Positions 1 through 6,412 of a stretch of 6,412 bases of DNA are shown piece after piece. A program made the position numbers and the translations under genes. The stretch lies in the IMG/VR virus record IMGVR_UViG_2690316210_000006. One strand, given 5' to 3'. The notes beneath the pieces are model-generated. The model searched no databases, was not told the origin of the DNA, and saw only the letters and a list, made by a program, of their open reading frames with translations. Each line of letters opens with the position of its first letter. Position 1 is the stretch's first letter. Source of the DNA: a virus. Its lineage: Duplodnaviria; Heunggongvirae; Uroviricota; Caudoviricetes.

Positions 1-31
1 GACAATCCAAATGGCGAATTACCGTCTTATA

Positions 32-358
32 TCACTGGCGCTGACACTTCATCACCTCCGGACGTAAATCACCATCCTTTGGTGCATTCAGAAACGCGTT
101 CAGTGTCCCCGGTGCATCAGTCGGTGCCACATCAATATCCCCGACACGGGTTGGCTGCCAGCCGTTACAGTGAAGCGCAACCTCGTAATACCCCGGCTCA
201 GCCTCAATCACATAAGCACCGTTATTGTCCGTCACGCAAGTGGCAACAACGTGTGCCACAACGGTCGGACTGGTTCTTCTGGCCCGCAGTTCAATCGCAC
301 AATTTACGACAGGTTTACCCGCCCCATCTTTCAGTACACCTGAAATCTTTACTGCCAT
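32..358 (-). CDS. Side-tail-fibre (Stf) N-terminal-domain-like protein, 108 aa, ending at a TGA 31 nt from the window edge; possibly a truncated stf remnant
   Basis: Minus-strand ORF; from the internal Met the product begins MAVKISGVLKDGAGKPV..., matching the recalled N-terminus of lambda Stf, with PGTLN.FL and RPEV motifs also conserved. ATG at 356-358 is preceded by GGGGTGAAT (SD-like, ~5 nt spacing). The longer ORF-track start at 400 would overlap a terminator-like hairpin. Position after lom matches lambda order J-lom-stf. Confidence 0.55.
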   Translation of the reverse strand: MAVKISGVLKDGAGKPVVNCAIELRARRTSPTVVAHVVATCVTDNNGAYVIEAEPGYYEVALHCNGWQPTRVGDIDVAPTDAPGTLNAFLNAPKDGDLRPEVMKCQRQ

Positions 359-369
359 ATTCACCCCAC

Positions 370-394
370 AAAAAGCCCGCCTGAACCAGCGGGC
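370..394 (-). terminator. Putative intrinsic terminator downstream of lom (hairpin plus U-tract)
   Basis: On the minus strand: GCCCGC-TGGTTCAG-GCGGGC (6-bp perfect stem, plus-strand 375-394) followed by TTTTT (plus-strand A-run 370-374). Lies between the lom stop (422) and the stf-like start (358). Confidence 0.4.
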
Positions 395-421
395 AGTCAT
401 AACACTGTGTTACCTGGCTAA

Positions 422-1021
422 TCAGAACTTATAACCGACACCCACGATGAAACCGTCAGTGCGCCAGTCACCACTGCCGGAACCTTCATAAGCAAGGTCA
501 ATGGCCACGGATTCGGTCGGGTTAAACTGCACGCCAGCCCCCCACGCCAGAGACGTGTTGCTGTGGCGACCGCCATCACTCCCGGTCAGCACATCGTGCG
601 TTTTCCCCTTGTTGTCAGTTACGCGGAGATAATCCCCGGAGAAGGTCGACACACGGCTGTAAGCCACGCCCGCCATCGCATACGCGCTGAACCATTCATT
701 CACGCGCACAGACGGCCCCGCCATCACGCTGAACCAGCGGTTACGCACGGAATCCTCATGCCAGCGGGTATCGCTGTAATGCGTTTTTTGCTCATCTTCA
801 GCGTTGGCATAACTGAATGACGTAATCAGCCCCAGCGTGTCCGTAAACTCATAACGGTATTTCACGTTAATGCCCTTCAGGTCATCGCTGCCTGGCATAT
901 CAGTATGGGTCTGAAGATACCCGGCGCTCAGCGTGGACTGATGTTCAGACGCCCATGCAGGCGCACCGGATACGGCCAGGCAAATGGCTGCGGACAAAAT
1001 GGCTGCACAAACTTTACGCAT
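422..1021 (-). CDS. lom: Lom outer-membrane beta-barrel protein (Ail/Lom/PagC family), 199 aa, intact
   Basis: Minus-strand ORF; protein MRKVCAAILSAAICLAVSGAPAWASEHQ... is near-identical to recalled lambda Lom. Sec signal peptide with an AWA cleavage motif; C-terminal ...GVGYKF with terminal Phe typical of OMP beta-barrels. SD GAGAGG about 5 nt upstream of the ATG. Sits directly downstream of the J stop as in lambda. Confidence 0.95.
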   Translation of the reverse strand: MRKVCAAILSAAICLAVSGAPAWASEHQSTLSAGYLQTHTDMPGSDDLKGINVKYRYEFTDTLGLITSFSYANAEDEQKTHYSDTRWHEDSVRNRWFSVMAGPSVRVNEWFSAYAMAGVAYSRVSTFSGDYLRVTDNKGKTHDVLTGSDGGRHSNTSLAWGAGVQFNPTESVAIDLAYEGSGSGDWRTDGFIVGVGYKF

Positions 1022-1042
1022 AATTACCTCTCGCTTTTCTGC

Positions 1043-1070
1043 AATAAAAAAGGCACCATTTCTGGTGCCC
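1043..1070 (-). terminator. Putative intrinsic terminator between J and lom (copy 1)
   Basis: Minus strand: GGCACC-AGAAAT-GGTGCC (plus-strand 1052-1069) followed by TTTTTTATT, starting 20 nt after the J stop codon. Confidence 0.6.
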
Positions 1071-1088
1071 GTATCTGGGTTATAAAAT

Positions 1089-2522
1089 TCAGCTAATCGT
1101 GATGCCTGCAGTGGCTTTCTTCATCACCACAACCAGCAAATCGCTGATACTTGCTGTGGGATACCAGCCATTTACCAGCCATGCCGATACAGAAAACTCC
1201 AGCGTCATGTGACCGTGACCGGCAGGCATATCAATAACACCCGTATATATCAGCGTATTATCCAGGGTCGTTCGGTTATAAATTTCAGCACCGTTTTTCT
1301 TCACTATCAGGCGGCATGACGAATAAATATTGTTATTCTTCCGCTCATGTTTAGCACCGCGAAACGCCACCGCGGGAATAACAATTTGCCGATCAAACGG
1401 CTGATCGTCATAAACCCTGACGGTAATGGTCCCTGATGGCCACCTCTCCGGTGCCCGGGAGTCCCGTGGGAAAGGTTTGCCCACTGTTTTAACGAGATCG
1501 CCTTCAATCTGGTTCGCGGACAATTTTCCCAGAACCCGACAGTTCTTATTAATCGTGACGTTGTTGAGCGTCCCGGAGTTCGCGTTCACGTTACCGCTGA
1601 TATCGGCATTTTTCGCCGTCAGCCGCCCGTCCGGTGTCAGGGAAAATGCCGGAGGATTACCGCCGCTGGTAATGGTCGGAGCCGTCAGGCATTTCAGGAA
1701 CACGTCGTTCATGAATATCTGATCGCCCTGACCAACAAACATCGGCTTTGTGTTGCCATTCGCAGGATTAATCATCGCAATCCTGTCTGCCGCCAGCAGC
1801 ACCTGACTCTGCATTCCTGCTGGCGTATTCTCAATACCGGCACCGATACCCGCAATATAAAGGCGTCCGTCCTTCATCTGTTGCAGCTTCACAGCCCACA
1901 TGCTGTTCAGGTTATTATTTGTATCAACCTGAACTTTCTGTATCTGCTGGATTGCAGCACTCTGATTTTCCAGTTTTTTATTGACGGTTTGCGTGATTTC
2001 ATTGCTGACATTCGTAATGGACGTCCTGATTTCAGTCAGGTCCGGCGCAAGCTGACCGTTATCAATCTGCGTCCACAACTCCTTGCCGAGATGCGTTTTA
2101 TTGATCAACCCTTTATAAAAATTCAGATAACCTTCTGCATCATCGCTCGCCCGACCGATGGCCTCCACAAATGCCGATTTGCCAACGGTGTTCACACTGC
2201 GAACGTAAAAATAATAATCATGGCCCGGCCTGATATTGATACTGGCGGCTATCCAGTACAGCGCCGTGCCAAGATAGCGTGCTGTGGTTTCAACCTGCCT
2301 GATATCCGCAATCCGCTTTTCCGAGAACCAGAACTCAAACTGTACCGTCGGATCATAAACCGCAAGATGCGGCGTGGCGGTTATCTGAAAATAGCCCGGC
2401 GTCAGCTCAATCCGCGACAGCGCTGCCGGTGCGGCAATCCGGAACGATACCGACGCCGGATCGCCCTGCTGCCCCCACGCATTTACTGCCCGGACTGTCA
2501 GCCTGTAGTTCCCCAGCGCCAG
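1089..2522 (-). CDS. J: Host-specificity / tail-tip protein J, C-terminal ~477 codons (allele 1), 5'-truncated at the ambiguous base 2523
   Basis: The minus-strand frame reads [32 protein letters not shown]...[12 protein letters not shown]...[25 protein letters not shown]... to ...[10 protein letters not shown] then TGA (1089-1091), collinear with the recalled lambda J C-terminal region. The ORF-track start at 2195 is an in-frame GTG (Val in J), not a real start. Confidence 0.85.
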   Translation of the reverse strand: MALGNYRLTVRAVNAWGQQGDPASVSFRIAAPAALSRIELTPGYFQITATPHLAVYDPTVQFEFWFSEKRIADIRQVETTARYLGTALYWIAASINIRPGHDYYFYVRSVNTVGKSAFVEAIGRASDDAEGYLNFYKGLINKTHLGKELWTQIDNGQLAPDLTEIRTSITNVSNEITQTVNKKLENQSAAIQQIQKVQVDTNNNLNSMWAVKLQQMKDGRLYIAGIGAGIENTPAGMQSQVLLAADRIAMINPANGNTKPMFVGQGDQIFMNDVFLKCLTAPTITSGGNPPAFSLTPDGRLTAKNADISGNVNANSGTLNNVTINKNCRVLGKLSANQIEGDLVKTVGKPFPRDSRAPERWPSGTITVRVYDDQPFDRQIVIPAVAFRGAKHERKNNNIYSSCRLIVKKNGAEIYNRTTLDNTLIYTGVIDMPAGHGHMTLEFSVSAWLVNGWYPTASISDLLVVVMKKATAGITIS

Positions 2523-2523
2523 N

Positions 2524-2919
2524 GGTCAGCACATCGTGCGTTTTCCCCTTGTTGTCAGTTACGCGGAGATAATCCCCGGAGAAAGTCGACACACGGCTGT
2601 AAGCCACACCCGCCATCGAATACGCGCTGAACCAGCGGTTACGCACGGAATCTTCATGCCAGCGGGTATCGCTGTAGTGCGTTTTTTGCTCATCCTCAGC
2701 ATTGGCATAACTGAAGGACGTAATCAGCCCCAGCGCGTCCGTAAACTCATAACGGTATTTCACGTTAATCCCGTTCAGATTATCGCTGCCGGGAGCGTTC
2801 GTACGGGCATGAAGATACCCCGCGCTCAGTGTGGACTGATGTTCAGACGCCCATGCAGGCGCACCGGATACGGACAGACAGATGGCTGCGGACAAAATGA
2901 CTGCACAAACTTTACGCAT
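2524..2919 (-). CDS. lom: Lom-family OMP, second allele, N-terminal fragment only (truncated at ambiguous base 2523), with a 42-bp in-frame deletion relative to copy 1
   Basis: ATG at 2917-2919 with the same SD context as copy 1; product MRKVCAVILSAAICLSVSGAPAWASEHQ...; aligns to copy 1 positions 584-1021 apart from a 14-codon deletion and scattered substitutions. The frame then runs across N2523 into out-of-frame J sequence. Confidence 0.75.
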
Positions 2920-2940
2920 AATTACCTCTCGCTTTTCTGC

Positions 2941-2968
2941 AATAAAAAAGGCGCCATTTCTGGCGCCC
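2941..2968 (-). terminator. Putative intrinsic terminator between J and lom (copy 2)
   Basis: Minus strand: GGCGCC-AGAAAT-GGCGCC (plus-strand 2950-2967) followed by TTTTTTATT. Same position as the copy-1 terminator, with a compensatory stem change. Confidence 0.6.
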
Positions 2969-2986
2969 GTATATGGGTTATAAAAT

Positions 2987-4249
2987 TCAGCTGATACTGA
3001 TGCCTGCGGTGGCTTTCTTCATCACCACAACCAGCAAATCGCTGATACTTGCTGTGGGATACCAGTTATTCACCAGCCATGCTGACACCGAAAACTCCAG
3101 CGTCATGTGGCCGCGACCAGCTGGCATATCAATAACACCACTGTAAATCAGCGTATTATCCAGCGCGGTACGGTTATAAATTTCAGCACCGTTTTTCCGT
3201 ACTATCAGGCGGCATGACGAATAAATATCGTTATTCTCCCGCTCATGTTTAGCGCCGCTGAATGCCACCGCCGGAATAACAATCTGCCGGTCAAACGGCT
3301 GATCGTCATAAACCCTGACGGTGATGGTCCCTGATGGCCACCGTTCCGGTGCACGGGAGTCCCGGGGGAAAGCTTTGCCCACTGTTTTAACGAGATCGCC
3401 TTCAATCTGGTTGGCGGACAATTTTCCCAGAACCCGACAGTTCTCGTTAATCGTGACGTTGTTGAGCGTCCCGGAGTTCGCATTCACGTTACCGCTGATA
3501 TCGGCATTTTTCGCCGTCAGCCGCCCGTCCGGTGTCAGGGAAAATGCCGGAGGATTACCGCCGCTGGTAATGGTCGGAGCCGTCAGGCATTTCAGGAACA
3601 CGTCGTTCATGAATATCTGATCGCCCTGACCAACAAACATCGGCTTTGTGTTGCCATTCGCAGGATTAATCATCGCAATCCGGTCAGCAGCCAGAAGCAC
3701 CTGACTCTGCATACCTGCTGGCGTATTCTCAATACCGGCTCCGATACCCGCAATATAAAGGCGTCCGTCCTTCATCTGCTGCAGTTTCACGGCCCACATG
3801 CTGTTCAGGTTATTATTTGTATCAACCTGAACTTTCTGTATCTGCTGGATTGCCGCACTCTGGTCTTCCAGTTTTTTATTGACGGTCTGCGTGATTTCAT
3901 TGCTGACATTCGTAATGGACGTCCTGATTTCAGCCAGGTCCGGCGCAAGCTGACCGTTATCAATCTGCGTCCACAACTCCTGGGCCAGATGTGTTTTCCC
4001 GATTTCTCCTTTGAAAAAATCCAGGTAACCTTCCGCATCATCGCTCGCCCGACCGACAGCCTCCACGAATGCCGATTTGCCAACGGTGTTCACACTGCGG
4101 ATATAAAAGTAATAATCATGGCCCGGTTTGATATTGATACTGGCGGCTATCCAGTACAGCGCCGTACCAAGATAGCGGGCTGTGGTTTCAACCTGCCTGA
4201 TATCGGTAATCCGCTTTTCCGAGAACCAGAACTCAAACTGTACCGTCGG
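2987..4249 (-). CDS. J: Host-specificity protein J, C-terminal 420 codons (allele 2), from PTVQFEFW... to stop; joined upstream to another J segment at ambiguous base 4250
   Basis: Continuous minus-strand frame [28 protein letters not shown]...[32 protein letters not shown]...[10 protein letters not shown] with TGA at 2987-2989. About 95% amino-acid identity to allele 1, with many synonymous nucleotide differences. Confidence 0.85.
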   Translation of the reverse strand, partial: PTVQFEFWFSEKRITDIRQVETTARYLGTALYWIAASINIKPGHDYYFYIRSVNTVGKSAFVEAVGRASDDAEGYLDFFKGEIGKTHLAQELWTQIDNGQLAPDLAEIRTSITNVSNEITQTVNKKLEDQSAAIQQIQKVQVDTNNNLNSMWAVKLQQMKDGRLYIAGIGAGIENTPAGMQSQVLLAADRIAMINPANGNTKPMFVGQGDQIFMNDVFLKCLTAPTITSGGNPPAFSLTPDGRLTAKNADISGNVNANSGTLNNVTINENCRVLGKLSANQIEGDLVKTVGKAFPRDSRAPERWPSGTITVRVYDDQPFDRQIVIPAVAFSGAKHERENNDIYSSCRLIVRKNGAEIYNRTALDNTLIYSGVIDMPAGRGHMTLEFSVSAWLVNNWYPTASISDLLVVVMKKATAGISIS

Positions 4250-4250
4250 N

Positions 4251-4969
4251 GGTGTCAGGGAAAATGCCGGAGGATTACCGCCGCTGGTAATGGTCGGAGC
4301 CGTCAGGCATTTCAGGAACACGTCGTTCATGAATATCTGATCGCCCTGACCAACAAACATCGGCTTTGTGTTGCCATTCGCAGGATTAATCATCGCAATC
4401 CTGTCTGCCGCCAGCAGCACCTGACTCTGCATTCCTGCTGGCGTATTCTCAATACCGGCACCGATACCCGCAATATAAAGGCGTCCGTCCTTCATCTGTT
4501 GCAGCTTCACAGCCCACATGCTGTTCAGGTTATTATTTGTATCAACCTGAACTTTCTGTATCTGCTGGATTGCAGCACTCTGATTTTCCAGTTTTTTATT
4601 GACGGTTTGCGTGATTTCATTGCTGACATTCGTAATGGACGTCCTGATTTCAGTCAGGTCCGGCGCAAGCTGACCGTTATCAATCTGCGTCCACAACTCC
4701 TTGCCGAGATGCGTTTTATTGATCAACCCTTTATAAAAATTCAGATAACCTTCTGCATCATCGCTCGCCCGACCGATGGCCTCCACAAATGCCGATTTGC
4801 CAACGGTGTTCACACTGCGAACGTAAAAGTAATAATCATGGCCCGGTTTGATATTGATACTGGCGGCTATCCAGTACAGCGCCGTGCCAAGATAGCGTGC
4901 TGTGGTTTCAACCTGCCTGATATCCGCAATCCGCTTTTCCGAGAACCAGAACTCAAACTGTACCGTCGG
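4251..4969 (-). CDS. J: Host-specificity protein J internal segment (third copy, 719 bp, PTVQFEFW... to ...[10 protein letters not shown]), allele-1-like, bounded by N4250 and the N-run
   Basis: Same reading frame as the J copy downstream; the sequence matches 1633-2351 almost exactly and 3531-4249 at ~95%. Forms the N-terminal part of the 608-aa ORF-track entry 2987..4813. Confidence 0.8.
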
Positions 4970-5152
4970 NNNNNNNNNNNNNNNNNNNNNNNNNNNNNNN
5001 NNNNNNNNNNNNNNNNNNNNNNNNNNNNNNNNNNNNNNNNNNNNNNNNNNNNNNNNNNNNNNNNNNNNNNNNNNNNNNNNNNNNNNNNNNNNNNNNNNNN
5101 NNNNNNNNNNNNNNNNNNNNNNNNNNNNNNNNNNNNNNNNNNNNNNNNNNNN
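4970..5152. other. Run of 183 ambiguous bases (assembly gap or masked sequence) inside the J reading frame
   Basis: Directly visible as n characters. Its length is close to the ~185 nt of J coding sequence expected between the flanks (STARTTET upstream, PTVQFEFW downstream). Confidence 1.
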
Positions 5153-6412
5153 GTGGTTTCCGTCGTCCGGGCCGTGCTGACCAGTCGCTCACTGCCGTCG
5201 TCCGCTGTTACGGTCAGACGGAGCAGGAAGCTCACGCCCTTCACCACCTTCGGCGTGTCCCAGCGCGCCAGCACCTGATATTCCCCGCTGTCTGCAGTGA
5301 CTTCGGCGGTCAGGTGCTGCACTGCTGGCGGCGTGACACCATTCACCGTGCCGCTCTGGTCACCGTCAAAGTGCGCCCCGTTATCCACGATGGCTTCTTT
5401 CTCCGGTACATGCTGCACGGCGGTGATGGCATACGTGCCGTCATCGTTCTCACGGATACTCACGCAGCGGAACAGGCGCTGGCGCAGCGTCGGCAGCTTC
5501 AGCCCCCACACGCTGTATTCTGCAACGCCGTCAGGAACACGGCTCACTTTCACCTTCACGCCGTCGGTGACGGACTGGACCTCCACGCTGACCGGATTAC
5601 CCTGACCGTCAACCAGGCTTATCAGCGTGGTACCGGAGGATGGCAGCGTGATTTCACGGTCGAGCGTCAGCGTCCGGGTCTGGCTGTTCACCGCCAGCAC
5701 GCGCCCGCCGGTGCTGATACCCGCATAGTCATCATCGCAGATTTCAATGACATCCCCCGGTACATGGCGAAGCCCTTCCGCACCCACGCTGAAGTCCACG
5801 GTCTGCGTTTCCAGCAGTTCCGTTTTAATCAGCCACAGCCCGGCGCGGTGCGCCTGCCCCCGGCTGGTACAGCCAAAGGCATCCATCTTCGTGACGTTAC
5901 GACCGTAACGGNACAAGCTCTGTCGCCGTCTCCCAGCCGTTATCCGGGTCAATCCAGTTCACCTCAACGGCATTATGACGGTCCTTCAGGGCACTGAAGC
6001 TGTAGCGGAACGGCGCGCCATCATCCGGCATCACCACATTACTGCGGTTATAGGCCCACACCTTATCCGACTGTCGGTCCTGCACGAACGTCAGCGTCTG
6101 CCCGTTCCATACCGGCATACAGCGCATCGCCGAGCAGAAATCACTGAGAACATCCCACGCCTTGCGCTGTGTGGTCAGGTAGGCATTACAGGTGATGCGC
6201 GGCTCCGTGCCACCAAAGCCATCCGGCACCGACTGGTCGCAATTCTGGCCGATGACATACAGCGCCCATTTGTCCACATCCGCCGCACCGAGACGCTTCC
6301 CCATGCCGTAGCGCGGATGGGTCAGCATATCCCACAGACACCAGGCCATGTTGTTGCTGTATGCCGGTTTTAGCGTTCCGTCCCAGATACCGCTGTATTG
6401 CCGCGTCTGCGG
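5153..6412 (-). CDS. J: Host-specificity protein J, central region (5'-partial at window edge), with a frame break at ambiguous base 5912
   Basis: Minus-strand translation gives ...MAWCLWDMLTHPRYGMGKRLGAADVDKWALYVIGQNCDQSVPDGFGGTEPRITCNAYL...NAVEVNWIDPDNGWETATEL, then after N5912 in another frame RYGRNVTKMDAFGCTSRGQAHRAGLWLIKTELLETQTVDFSVGAEGLRHVPGDVIEICDDDYAG...LVSTARTTET, collinear with recalled lambda J. Confidence 0.9.

Larger units (their letters stand above)
2524..4249 (-). repeat. Second, diverged copy of the lom 5' part / terminator / J 3' end module (copy 1 is 584-2351)
   Basis: Collinear nucleotide similarity over ~1.7 kb with scattered, mostly synonymous substitutions and one 42-bp indel; both ends coincide with single ambiguous bases. 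Confidence 0.85.

Noticed and set aside
359-400. N-terminal extension MTARWFRRAFCGVN of the Stf-like ORF (ORF-track start at 400)
   Set aside because: The extension is encoded by the terminator-like hairpin and U-tract. Stf homologues begin at MAVKISG, and an SD-like GGGG lies just upstream of the ATG at 356-358.
2195-2195. Independent start for a separate 368-aa or 608-aa tail-fibre gene at MNTVGKS (ORF-track starts 2195 and 4813)
   Set aside because: The codon is an in-frame GTG (Val) within continuous J coding sequence that reads through upstream without a stop; no SD precedes it.
2400-2530. Insertion sequence or transposon causing the module duplication
   Set aside because: There are no terminal inverted repeats, target-site duplications or transposase ORF; the junctions are single Ns between phage sequences.
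1307-4083. Small minus-strand ORFs nested in J in other frames (1307-1507, 3205-3483, 3805-4083)
   Set aside because: They overlap the well-supported J frame, show no independent start signals, and have low-complexity Arg/Pro-rich translations typical of out-of-frame reads.
1633-4969. Repeats in a tail-fibre gene as a diversity-generating retroelement (template/variable repeat pair)
   Set aside because: The repeat units are 0.7-1.7 kb and include a whole lom gene and terminator. Differences between copies are mostly synonymous and not adenine-specific. No reverse transcriptase or accessory gene is present in the window.
1633-4969. CRISPR-like or other short tandem repeat array
   Set aside because: The repeats are long protein-coding segments with no short repeat/spacer periodicity.
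5897-5952. Calling J a pseudogene because of the frameshift near 5912
   Set aside because: The frame break sits exactly at an ambiguous base with about 20 nt apparently missing, so a consensus artefact cannot be excluded. It is reported as a finding to verify, not as a pseudogene call.
1881-5997. Long plus-strand ORFs (1881-2630, 3989-5278, 5314-5997, 5975-6373; 132-429 aa)
   Set aside because: They lie entirely antisense to J, whose minus-strand frame is strongly supported by similarity to lambda J. Some run through the N-run. They have no recognisable motifs or ribosome-binding sites, so they are most likely antisense shadow ORFs.

Overview
This window is the distal tail / host-range region of a lambda-like (lambdoid) siphovirus prophage, probably from an enterobacterial host, with all genes on the minus strand. 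It holds the central and C-terminal parts of the tail-tip host-specificity protein J, the Lom outer-membrane protein gene, and the start of a side-tail-fibre (Stf)-like gene; these calls rest on recalled similarity to phage lambda J, Lom and Stf, not on a database search. The locus is not clean: the J 3' end / terminator / lom module occurs as two diverged alleles head-to-tail, plus a third 719-bp J segment. Every junction sits at an ambiguous base (2523, 4250, 5912) or the 183-N run (4970-5152). The copies differ mainly by synonymous changes, so they are real distinct alleles, but the arrangement is most simply a collapsed or chimeric assembly of paralogous prophage copies; a genuine tandem duplication is not excluded. 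I see no RNA genes, CRISPR array, integrase, transposase or recognisable defence system, and no convincing undescribed system. The points worth a second look are the duplicated J/lom architecture, a 42-bp repeat-mediated in-frame deletion in the second lom copy, a divergent J receptor-binding domain, compensatory covariation in a terminator stem, and a short Stf-like ORF.
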